Shown here: positions 6,796 to 14,889 of the stretch, one piece after another
Numbering within the stretch: the stretch's first letter is position 1
How the letters are laid out: each line of letters opens with the position of its first letter
DNA from: Patescibacteria group bacterium
GTDB lineage: Bacteria; Patescibacteriota; UBA1384; XYA2-FULL-43-10
Direction of reading: 5' to 3'
Assembly: GCA_041674405.1 (NCBI GenBank)
Contig: JBAYVT010000003.1
Coordinates: 60,001 to 92,000 of the forward strand
Length of the DNA: 32,000 nt
Program-made: the position numbers and the translations under genes
Notes under the pieces: model-generated
What the model was told of the DNA's origin: nothing
Seen by the model: the letters and a program-made list of their open reading frames with translations, nothing else
Databases searched by the model: none

Positions 6796-7401
6796 ATGCT
6801 AAAAAATATCATTGTAAAAATATTGTTGGCTGCAATCGTCGTTTCTGTGGTAAGCGTCGGTGCTTACTATTTTTTTGGCAGAAACACAAAAGCCGATGAC
6901 AAGACTGCTGTTACGATTAGTGACCAACCGCTTGTAGCCGGAGTAACAAATTCAAATCCTGACAACCAATCCGAAGGAAAAATGACTTTGGAAATCCCTG
7001 ATCTTAAAATAACAGCACCAATTGTTTTAAATGTTGATGGCAACAATAAAGAAAGTTATATGAAAGCGTTGGAGGGAGGCATCGCCCACATGAAGGGCAC
7101 AGCCCTTCCAGGTAATTCTGGTAATAGTGTGATTTTTGGCCACTCGAGCTATTATGAAGATCAGCCAGGAAATTATAAGTCAATCTTTGCCACCCTTAAT
7201 AATTTGAGCATCGGAGACCCAATAACCGTCGAGAAGCAAGGTGGAAATCTAAATTTTATAGTATTCAACAAACAAATTGTTGATCCGGATGATGTCAACG
7301 TGGTAAACCAAAATTATAGTAAAAAAGAATTAACCCTTATTACTTGCTGGCCAATAAATACAACAAAACAAAGATTAATTGTCTCCGCAGAATTAAAATA
7401 G
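6796..7401 (+). CDS. sortase family transpeptidase
   Basis: N-terminal TM anchor. Catalytic His in VIFGHSSY, Cys in LTLITCWP (TLxTC), and Arg in QRLIVSAEL. Confidence 0.85.
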   Translation: MLKNIIVKILLAAIVVSVVSVGAYYFFGRNTKADDKTAVTISDQPLVAGVTNSNPDNQSEGKMTLEIPDLKITAPIVLNVDGNNKESYMKALEGGIAHMKGTALPGNSGNSVIFGHSSYYEDQPGNYKSIFATLNNLSIGDPITVEKQGGNLNFIVFNKQIVDPDDVNVVNQNYSKKELTLITCWPINTTKQRLIVSAELK

Positions 7402-7411
7402 CCGTTAGCTG

Positions 7412-8923
7412 CTAGCTTTTATTTACAATCATAGTACTCGTTCCAACATTTCCTACGGGATCATAAGCTTTTATTACTAAATTATAACTGCCGTTTGGCG
7501 TGCCGCTTCTGAGCCAAATCCTTTCGATACTGCTGGAATCTTCGCTTGCAACAAGAGAATCATTAACATATATTTCCATTTTCACAACTGCCACATTATC
7601 TGTGGCTGAAGCTAAAATATGCAAATTATCCTCCGTCCAGTTCACTGGTGATGACAAGGGATCAGAAATAGTCACTACCGGTTTTTCCGAATCGGTTTCG
7701 GCATTATTCACGTTTACGCTTTCAGAAACTTCAACCGACTGATTGGAATCAAAGGCTTTTGCCTTTATGGCGTGAGTTCCGTTTGAATAACTCCGAGTCT
7801 CCCATGCCCAGCTGTATGGCGCAGACATAATTGTTGCAGTTTTTGCACCATCAACATATATCTCAACTCTGGTCACAGCAATGTTATCGCTTGCATTTAT
7901 AACAATGCTTGTAACCGCAGAAACATTTGAGCCGTCCTGGGGCGAAGAGATTGCCACAGAAGGAGGTGTTGTATCTTCTTCCGGCGGCGCAGATGACATC
8001 CCTGAAAGCCAAGTCTTAACCCACCCCGATGGGTAGCCGTAAGTTCCGCTCATTGCGTGATAACCATAACCAGAAAAGAGGTAGGAATAATCTTCAGCCA
8101 CGATTTCAACATCGCAATTCCCCCAACCTAGCGAGTAATCCGGAGCAGTGGACGAAAGGCTTAGGGGACGAGATGAATAATATTGCGATGGCCAACGCTC
8201 CCCTGTTGGAATATTATTGTCCACCCAACGATGGTAAAGCGTGTAATGATGCCCGTATTCATGAGAAAAAACCAACTTCATATAATCTGCAAAATAAGGA
8301 GAACTTTTGTACGAATAAACATTTAAAGTAATCCAGCCAAAAGCTTTGGTAATTTTGCCGTCAGAATTAGAGATGTAACTGCCGGTGTATAAACCGCCAT
8401 AACCGCAGTTGGAACAATCGACGATTCTAAGCTCGTACATGTATGAAATATCCGAGCCTGACCAAAGCAAACTATTTTTTAAATAACTTTTTATTGTTTC
8501 GCCCAAAGCAGGATAATTTCCTGTCGTGTCATTATAGTAAATATTCGAAACAGGACCTTCACCCGCATATTTTTGCAAAGTATTTATGTCTTCCGGTGAA
8601 ATGGTGCCTTCGGAAACCACAGTCGCTTTTCCAGCCGAAGTTGAGACAGACGATCTTGTCGATCCTTTTGAGGCATGCTTTGGTGGATTACTCTTAACTG
8701 CTTCTGGTGCATCTGATTGTATTACCAAAGTCGGGTTTTCATCACCTTTTTGAGATTCGGGCGAAGGCACAGCAGCAGTATTTGTATTACTTACAATTTG
8801 CGGATGGTTTTTAACATAAGCAAACACACCGACCCCGGTTAACAAAACAAAAATTAGCCCGACTGACAAAACCGGAGGAATACGCCTTATATGCTTCCAA
8901 AATTTATGGTCTTCTTCGAAAAT
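7412..8923 (-). CDS. membrane-anchored HEXXH zinc metallopeptidase-like protein with two C-terminal Ig-like domains
   Basis: HEYGHH motif (FSHEYGHHYT). There are two roughly 90-aa repeats (..SNVSAVTSIVINASDNIAVTRVEIYVDG.. and ..LHILASATDNVAVVKMEIYVND..). The ORF track starts at TTG 8869. The frame is open up to ATT 8923, which directly follows an in-frame TAA and has GGAGGG 4 nt upstream. The 5' end is therefore uncertain (8869 or 8923). Confidence 0.7.
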   Translation of the reverse strand: MFEEDHKFWKHIRRIPPVLSVGLIFVLLTGVGVFAYVKNHPQIVSNTNTAAVPSPESQKGDENPTLVIQSDAPEAVKSNPPKHASKGSTRSSVSTSAGKATVVSEGTISPEDINTLQKYAGEGPVSNIYYNDTTGNYPALGETIKSYLKNSLLWSGSDISYMYELRIVDCSNCGYGGLYTGSYISNSDGKITKAFGWITLNVYSYKSSPYFADYMKLVFSHEYGHHYTLYHRWVDNNIPTGERWPSQYYSSRPLSLSSTAPDYSLGWGNCDVEIVAEDYSYLFSGYGYHAMSGTYGYPSGWVKTWLSGMSSAPPEEDTTPPSVAISSPQDGSNVSAVTSIVINASDNIAVTRVEIYVDGAKTATIMSAPYSWAWETRSYSNGTHAIKAKAFDSNQSVEVSESVNVNNAETDSEKPVVTISDPLSSPVNWTEDNLHILASATDNVAVVKMEIYVNDSLVASEDSSSIERIWLRSGTPNGSYNLVIKAYDPVGNVGTSTMIVNKS

Positions 8924-8963
8924 TTAACCCTCCTTGCTAACCCAAACAGAATTTTTCACAAAA

Positions 8964-9239
8964 CTAACCTGAAAATATTTTCTTACGCGAATTGCGCTCT
9001 TTTTCTAGAATAATTTTTTTTAGGCTTAGGCCCTTGTTGTATCCGCCGACGCTTCCGTCTGCGCGAATCACTCGATGACACGGAATGTTTTTATCGTGAT
9101 TTTTATGCAAAATATTGCCGACAGCACGATATGCGTTAGGATTGCCAGCCCTTTCCGCCACCTCTTTGTAACTTAGCGTGTCGCCACATGGAATTTTTGC
9201 CACTACAGCAAAAACTCGATCTTTAAAACTACAGGACAT
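8964..9239 (-). CDS. methylated-DNA-protein-cysteine methyltransferase family protein (MGMT/Ogt catalytic domain only)
   Basis: 91 aa with the active-site motif IPCHRVI and a helix-turn-helix segment, SYKEVAERAGNPNAYRAVGN. Confidence 0.85.
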   Translation of the reverse strand: MSCSFKDRVFAVVAKIPCGDTLSYKEVAERAGNPNAYRAVGNILHKNHDKNIPCHRVIRADGSVGGYNKGLSLKKIILEKERNSRKKIFSG

Positions 9240-9245
9240 AACTAC

Positions 9246-9274
9246 ATTATAATGTATATGAAAACTAATATGAA
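9246..9274 (-). promoter_or_regulatory. putative promoter TTCATA-17nt-TATAAT, 6 nt upstream of the MGMT ATG (leaderless-type)
   Basis: On the minus strand, TATAAT is the reverse complement of 9246-9251 and TTCATA is the reverse complement of 9269-9274, with a 17-nt spacer. There is no SD. Confidence 0.45.
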
Positions 9275-9346
9275 TTTAATGCCCATCACTTTACAAATTT
9301 ATTCCTTTAGATTATACTTTTGTTCCAATAAAGTAATCGCAATCCT

Positions 9347-11341
9347 ATGCGGAAAAACATATCATTAGCAGAGAGATATGAACTGGAGATCCCGCAATAT
9401 CCATATTTCATTGCAGGAATATGTGTTGTATTGGTACTCGGAACTTTGTACTTTTTAAAACAATATAACTTCAATCTATTCCATAGTTTTGCAGAGGGTT
9501 TTGCTATTACAGTGGGCATTACTATTTTCTTTGCAATATGGAACTCATCACGCCTTCTTAAAAATAATTTCTACTTCGTAGCAGGTGTATCTTTCATCTT
9601 TGTTGCGTTATTCCGATTTTTGCATGCCCTGGCCTACAAGGGGGTGGGGCAATTTTATTTCCCCTCGTTCGACCCATCGAATTTGGCGACACAGCTTTGG
9701 ATCGCCGGGAGTTTATTTCAGTCCTTATCTTTTCTAGCAGCAACGTTCTTTGTGAGGAAGCGAGCAACCCACTGGCTCACATTTTTGATTTACTCTTTTG
9801 CTTCTGTTGCAATAGTGCTTTCAATTTTCTATTTCAGAGTATTCCCGGCTTCATTTATCGCAGGCAAAGGATTAACTGAATTCAAAATTATTTCTGAATA
9901 TATGATATGCGGGGTGTATTTGGCAGCAATTGCTATACTTCTGGGCAGAAAAAAGGAATTTGATTATTCAATCTTACGCCTCACTATTGTCTCGATAATC
10001 TTTTTAATAATGTCCGAACTATCTTTCACTCTGTATACTGACCCTTTCGGATTTTCTAATATGATCGGGCATTTTTTTGCTATTTTTGCATATTACCTTT
10101 TCTACAGAACGCTCGTCGTGTCAATAATTTATCGACCGCAACGAATTATTTTTCGCGATTATGTCAATAACCAAGAAAAACTCTTGGAAAACCAGGACAA
10201 GCTACGGGAATATGCTAGGCAGCTCCAACTTGAGAAAAATGAAGATGAAGCCCTTCTTTCGAGTATCGGGGACGGAGTCGTTGCCACAGACAACTGCGGA
10301 AGAATCATGTTTGCAAACCGAGCTTTTTCTGATCTTTTCGATCTTGCGAATACAGAATTAATAAACCGGAATCTTGATTCTGTGGTCCCACTTGTCGATG
10401 ACGGAGGGCGAAAAGTGCCTATTGAAAAACGCCCGCTTGGCTTGATTTTGTATTCGATGAAAAACACACAAAAAATCATGAAAACGGATCAATTTTCATT
10501 TAAAAGAAAAGACAAAGTTATCATCAGGCTTCTGATTACCGCCTCCCCTATTATTAATAAGGGCAGAATTACCGGGGTCATCGGAATTTATCGAGACATA
10601 ACAAAGGAAAAAGATTTGGAGAGAACAAAATCTGAATTAATCTCATTCGCTGCCCATCAACTCCGCACCCCCCTAACAACTCTCGGATTAACCACCGAAC
10701 TTCTATATTCCGGAAAGAAAAAAATTGATAAAGAAACGCGGGAAAATTTAAATTATTTAAAACAAGACATCGACAGTATGGCACACCTTGTAAACACTTT
10801 TTTAAATGTTTCACGGGTAGAAACCGGAAGATTGAAGATCAACCCAGAACTTGATGATGTGAAGCTAATGATAAAAGAAATGGTTAATAGGGCCAAAAAA
10901 GTTGCCAAACAAAAAGAAATCACGATTATTGAAACGTACGCCAACCATATGCCTTATATTAAAGTCGACCAAAACATCTTCAATACCATTATTGAAAACC
11001 TTTTGATGAACTCTATAAAATACACTCCCGAAAATGGACAAGTAGTTGTCAAAGCAACCACCTTGCCAAAAAACTTATTGGTAGAAATTGTCGATTCAGG
11101 ACCAGGGATTCCTGCTTCGGAGCATGGAAAAGTTTTTGACTCAATGTTCAGGGGCAGTACTTCTCACGGCGCAGAGGGCTTAGGATTGGGACTCTATATC
11201 GTGCGGTCCATGATAAAACAATGCGGCGGAAAAGTATGGTTTGAATCACCTTCTCCCTACCACATCAATTCCGATATTATAGGCACAACATTCTATTTTT
11301 CGCTCCCACTCACCGGAATGAAACAACAAAAAATGAAATGA
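9347..11341 (+). CDS. sensor histidine kinase with multi-pass N-terminal membrane sensor (MASE3-like), PAS-like domain, HisKA and HATPase_c
   Basis: About 7 hydrophobic helices including LFHSFAEGFAI. H-box SFAAHQLRTPL, N-box LLMNSIKYTP, G1 DSGPGI and G2 GLGLGLYIV. Confidence 0.9.
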   Translation: MRKNISLAERYELEIPQYPYFIAGICVVLVLGTLYFLKQYNFNLFHSFAEGFAITVGITIFFAIWNSSRLLKNNFYFVAGVSFIFVALFRFLHALAYKGVGQFYFPSFDPSNLATQLWIAGSLFQSLSFLAATFFVRKRATHWLTFLIYSFASVAIVLSIFYFRVFPASFIAGKGLTEFKIISEYMICGVYLAAIAILLGRKKEFDYSILRLTIVSIIFLIMSELSFTLYTDPFGFSNMIGHFFAIFAYYLFYRTLVVSIIYRPQRIIFRDYVNNQEKLLENQDKLREYARQLQLEKNEDEALLSSIGDGVVATDNCGRIMFANRAFSDLFDLANTELINRNLDSVVPLVDDGGRKVPIEKRPLGLILYSMKNTQKIMKTDQFSFKRKDKVIIRLLITASPIINKGRITGVIGIYRDITKEKDLERTKSELISFAAHQLRTPLTTLGLTTELLYSGKKKIDKETRENLNYLKQDIDSMAHLVNTFLNVSRVETGRLKINPELDDVKLMIKEMVNRAKKVAKQKEITIIETYANHMPYIKVDQNIFNTIIENLLMNSIKYTPENGQVVVKATTLPKNLLVEIVDSGPGIPASEHGKVFDSMFRGSTSHGAEGLGLGLYIVRSMIKQCGGKVWFESPSPYHINSDIIGTTFYFSLPLTGMKQQKMK

Positions 11342-11479
11342 TAATTTTTTAATGAAATATTCATAAAATGAATATTATGATAATAGATATGTAAAAAGTA
11401 AAAATTTAGAAGCGAAAAAGCCAAGAGAATAATTTAATTGGTTGTTTGTTGTTAATTTTAGCTTATTAGTTGAAAAATC

Positions 11480-12157
11480 ATGAGAATACTGATTGTAGAA
11501 GATGAACATCGGCTCGCCAACGTTATCAAAAAAGGTCTCGTAGAAGAGGGCTACGCTGTTGATGTTTCTTACGACGGAAAAGATGGGCTTTATATGTCCG
11601 AATTAAATCAGAATGAATACGACACAATTATTCTTGATATTAATCTTCCCAAGATTGATGGCTTCACATTGTGTAAACGTTTGCGTGACCAGCACATCGA
11701 TACGCCGGTTCTTATTCTATCCGCTATAGCCAACCTTGATGACAAGGTAAAGGGCCTCGATTGCGGAGCTGACGATTATCTTACCAAACCATTTGCGTTT
11801 AAAGAGCTAAATTCAAGAATCCATGCCCTTATTCGCCGAAGCAAACATGAAAGCTCACCAACTTTAAAGATTGCCGATCTTGAGCTTGATCCGATCTCAC
11901 ATTCAGTAAAAAGACAGAGCAAAAATATCAAATTAACCCCAAAGGAATTTTCAATTTTAGAATATCTGATGAGACACAAAGACTCAGTCGTAACCAGAAG
12001 TACTCTGATAGAACATGTTTGGGATTATAACTACGATGGTATTAGCAATATTGTGGATGTGTTTGTCGCTGCAGTAAGAAAAAAAATCGACAAGGACTCA
12101 AATCCCAAACTAATCCACACTCTCCATGGAGTTGGCTACAAAATTTCAGAAGAATGA
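11480..12157 (+). CDS. OmpR-family response regulator (REC + winged-helix)
   Basis: MRILIVEDE, ..ILDINLP.., LTKPF. The C-terminal region reads LTPKEFSILEYLM ... LHGVGYKI. Confidence 0.95.
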   Translation: MRILIVEDEHRLANVIKKGLVEEGYAVDVSYDGKDGLYMSELNQNEYDTIILDINLPKIDGFTLCKRLRDQHIDTPVLILSAIANLDDKVKGLDCGADDYLTKPFAFKELNSRIHALIRRSKHESSPTLKIADLELDPISHSVKRQSKNIKLTPKEFSILEYLMRHKDSVVTRSTLIEHVWDYNYDGISNIVDVFVAAVRKKIDKDSNPKLIHTLHGVGYKISEE

Positions 12158-12264
12158 TTGTAAACATTGAAAAGAATGCAGAACGAACTCTCAAGAATAT
12201 AATAAATCGGTATTTCCAATTTTGGCTATTATGAAACATTTGGTTTCATTCAATCCCAACATGG

Positions 12265-12284
12265 TGAGCGCGGCTCATTTTTTT
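12265..12284 (+). terminator. weak intrinsic terminator after the response regulator
   Basis: TGAGC-gcg-GCTCA followed by T7 (12278-12284). Confidence 0.45.
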
Positions 12285-12433
12285 AATATTGTGGTTTGTT
12301 CTAAAAATATCTCTTCCCGGACTTGTAATTTGCTACAAAATTAAAGATTTCTTAATATTTTTTTAATCTTTGCTTCACAGATGATTGTTTATGCTGTTCT
12401 TGCAGAATCAAATTTTTAAAAAAAGGAGTTAAA

Positions 12434-13378
12434 ATGCCGACTCAAACATTACGGAGAGAAAACAAAAATTTGAGCAGTTTCATGGGTCGATTCAAACAAT
12501 CGGAATATGAAACTGCGGCCAAAAAGGAAAATGCTGAAGAAGTGCACAAAAAAGCCAGCGATAATTACGATTTTGGCGACCACATCTTTACTGAAATGGT
12601 CGACCATTTCAGTAAAGACAATATTTACGCATACAAAAGTGCAATTTCCGTGATGGGTTATAACCTGGATTCTAAAAGGATGGCAATATTGGTGCAACTA
12701 TCGGGCTTTCGCGACTATGTCTTGGAGTCACCCGAGATGATGTCGATTGAACGAGAAGACTTAATAAAAAAATGGAAAAGAAAAGTTGAGGAAGCACTTA
12801 ATGCTTTTTTCTCGCGAAATACCGACATTATAGTGGCATATGTCGGAGATGAAAATTTTCTGGTCCTAAAATCGATTGAGGAAAATGAAGACAGAGTGCG
12901 CGGGATGTTGCTAAAATCATTCGGGTCAATATTTTCCCCTCTTAAAAGCTCACAGATTACCGAAATCAGCGTTGGTTTTGGAAACGCTTACTATGAAGTT
13001 GATGGTTGGTGTGAATCTATCAAAGAAGCAAAAACAGCATTGACACTTGGAGACAAGCTCTATGGAAATGGCAAAAGTTACTATTTCAACGATTTCGGAA
13101 TACTATTCGCCATTGCAGATGGAGATACAAAGAAAAAAGCCGATCTTGCTATGAAAATTTTAGAGAGATTAAGAGACCGCGATTTAATGATGACTCTAAA
13201 AAGTTTTCTTGAGGAGAACCTGAACACAACAGATACTGCAGAAAAACTGGGAATTCACAGAAATACCGTGCTCTACCGCCTTGACCAAATCGCCTATCGT
13301 ATTGGCTTAGACCCGCGTAATTTCGAGGATGCTTTCAAAATAAGAATGGCGCTTTATGTCCGCGAGATTTGCTGTTAA
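12434..13378 (+). CDS. PucR/CdaR-family transcriptional regulator
   Basis: The C-terminal PucR-type HTH reads TLKSFLEENLNTTDTAEKLGIHRNTVLYRLDQIAYRIGLDPRNFED. AGGAG SD is present. Confidence 0.8.
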   Translation: MPTQTLRRENKNLSSFMGRFKQSEYETAAKKENAEEVHKKASDNYDFGDHIFTEMVDHFSKDNIYAYKSAISVMGYNLDSKRMAILVQLSGFRDYVLESPEMMSIEREDLIKKWKRKVEEALNAFFSRNTDIIVAYVGDENFLVLKSIEENEDRVRGMLLKSFGSIFSPLKSSQITEISVGFGNAYYEVDGWCESIKEAKTALTLGDKLYGNGKSYYFNDFGILFAIADGDTKKKADLAMKILERLRDRDLMMTLKSFLEENLNTTDTAEKLGIHRNTVLYRLDQIAYRIGLDPRNFEDAFKIRMALYVREICC

Positions 13379-13425
13379 CGCATACATTGCGTAAGCGGCT
13401 TATTTCCATCGATGTCGCCAAAATA

Positions 13426-13469
13426 AAAACATTCCTTGCTATACAACAATATAGTAAGGGATGTTTTTT
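13426..13469. terminator. bidirectional intrinsic terminator between convergent genes
   Basis: AAAACATTCCTTGCTATA-caacaa-TATAGTAAGGGATGTTTT forms an 18-bp stem with two G-U positions, flanked by A and T runs. Confidence 0.7.
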
Positions 13470-13476
13470 GATCTAA

Positions 13477-13962
13477 TTATTTCAAAAATTGCTGAAAATA
13501 TTTTTTATATTGAAACGGTTCAACAATTCCCCAAATCTGGATAATGTCTTTTTCGTTATTTACATTATTGATAAAAGTCAGGCTTAAATCGCCATATTTC
13601 AAGACTCTGCCAAGATAACTTGAATATGCGTCTATCGAATAGAGATTATTTAAGTTGAATATCACTTCTTCCGGATTGTAGAACCCTCGATATTGAATCA
13701 ACCGATTATCTTCAATGTGATAAAAAATGAAAGTCCAGGCAAATGTCATTTTAATTGCAATGACTGATAACACAGCTAGTTTGGCCGCGATGAGTATCAA
13801 AAATAAGTAAAACAAGACTACCCGATCTGACGTTAGGGACAACAATATTATAAAAACAATAAATAGAACAACATCGAATAAGAATGATAATAAAATAATT
13901 TTAACAATCAACGGATAATAGGCTTTTCTAATTTCCGTTATTTTTAAATTGTCTTCTTTCAT
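13477..13962 (-). CDS. membrane protein with C-terminal bacterial PH-like (YdbS/YdbT, bPH_2-like) domain
   Basis: Two or three TM helices followed by YHIEDNRLIQYRGFYNPEEVIFNLNNLYSIDAYSSYLGRVLKYGDLSLT. I made the family call from memory of the motif layout. Confidence 0.5.
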   Translation of the reverse strand: MKEDNLKITEIRKAYYPLIVKIILLSFLFDVVLFIVFIILLSLTSDRVVLFYLFLILIAAKLAVLSVIAIKMTFAWTFIFYHIEDNRLIQYRGFYNPEEVIFNLNNLYSIDAYSSYLGRVLKYGDLSLTFINNVNNEKDIIQIWGIVEPFQYKKYFQQFLK

Positions 13963-14013
13963 TCACCATAAGTATAGCAGAAAGGTTTTTTAAAAATAAT
14001 CCATAGAACCAAA

Positions 14014-14044
14014 GAAGGCCGCTGCGTGACACGCAACCGCCTTC
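14014..14044 (-). terminator. intrinsic terminator of the island-2 gene
   Basis: The outer helix is GAAGGC/GCCTTC and the inner helix is TGCGT/ACGCA. In the minus sense it is followed by TTTGGTTCT. Confidence 0.5.
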
Positions 14045-14065
14045 CCGGTGCGGAGACCAGCTGGT

Positions 14066-14785
14066 TCAGCCGGACTCCATACTTACTACCGCATCCTCCG
14101 GCCCGAGCAGCCGGTACCCCCTCTCCTCGTGCACCAAGCCGAGCTTCTCGGTCACTACTACCGCTTCCTCGCCACAAGGCACGTGAACCGAGTAGAACAT
14201 GAGAATGTCGGAGACCAGACTCACCTCGTCCACCCACAATCTCGCCATCTCTTCGGCGATTAGCGGCCCGCAACGATCCCACCAGTACACATCAGACGAC
14301 ATAGCCGCTAGGTCCACTTCCTGGAGGAACGACCATGTCATGCCGTGACAGGTATAATCCTCCAGATCTCCTTCCGGGTCGAATGGCCGTCTCCAGAGAA
14401 GAAGCTTGGCCAGAGCTGTTGCCGTTCCCCGACCCTTGAGCAACTGCTCCAGCTTGTTGAGCAGATCCGCAGGATGTTCCCCATAACCAGCGAGAACGCG
14501 GATCGCCACCTCAGGATCTATCCCTTCGGGAAGGCGCGAGCCAGATGGAAACAGGTGTCCGAGCATACCCTCAATTGAGGGATCCATCCCCTCGGACCAG
14601 CCGCAGTTGGGACATTGCGGCTTCCAAATCGTGTCGTTCGGAACGCTGGAATGCGCTCGCTCAATCGGGTAGTGGTGGCAGCGTTTGCAGGTCAGTCCGT
14701 TTCGCCGCCTAGACCTTAGGTAGATGATGGAAACCAGCAGTGCTGCAATCAGCAAAGCCAGTCCGTGCGGAATATAGTTGGTCAT
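14066..14785 (-). CDS. hypothetical membrane-anchored protein with zinc-ribbon-like CxxC..CxxC, encoded in GC-rich island 2
   Basis: 239 aa with a TM helix (LALLIAALLVSIIYL), then CKRCHH..CPNCGW, then a roughly 170-aa domain that I do not recognise. GGAGG SD lies 8 nt upstream. Confidence 0.55.
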   Translation of the reverse strand: MTNYIPHGLALLIAALLVSIIYLRSRRRNGLTCKRCHHYPIERAHSSVPNDTIWKPQCPNCGWSEGMDPSIEGMLGHLFPSGSRLPEGIDPEVAIRVLAGYGEHPADLLNKLEQLLKGRGTATALAKLLLWRRPFDPEGDLEDYTCHGMTWSFLQEVDLAAMSSDVYWWDRCGPLIAEEMARLWVDEVSLVSDILMFYSVHVPCGEEAVVVTEKLGLVHEERGYRLLGPEDAVVSMESG

Positions 14786-14889
14786 TACGCAACCTCCAAG
14801 AAGAGTGTTCCGGCTTTACTCGTTCCTGTTATAACAAAAAACGAAACTGAAGTCACGCAGTTTAATGCAGAATTTAATAATAATAAATA

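Larger units (their letters stand above)
14014..14830. other. GC-rich compositional island 2 (about 0.8 kb, one gene plus terminator)
   Basis: Hand count: line 14101-14160 is 65% GC and flanking line 13861-13920 is 20%. Confidence 0.75.

Noticed and set aside
6796-8869. A sortase-substrate pair (LPXTG protein next to the sortase).
   Set aside because: No protein in the window ends with LPXTG plus a hydrophobic and basic tail. LPLTNG in the 295-aa protein is N-terminal, and the 454-aa protein has a TM segment with a KKK tail but no LPXTG.
11342-11479. An AT-rich 9-bp hairpin (AATATTCAT-aaa-ATGAATATT) between the kinase and regulator genes, as a possible regulatory element.
   Set aside because: It is a short, AT-only stem in a spacer of roughly 20-25% GC, which is easily produced by chance, and it has no flanking T-run.
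13959-14282. A 107-aa minus-strand ORF overlapping the end of island 2 and the start of the bPH gene.
   Set aside because: It is an Arg/Gly-rich out-of-frame shadow of the 239-aa ORF that crosses the terminator hairpin and the GC boundary.
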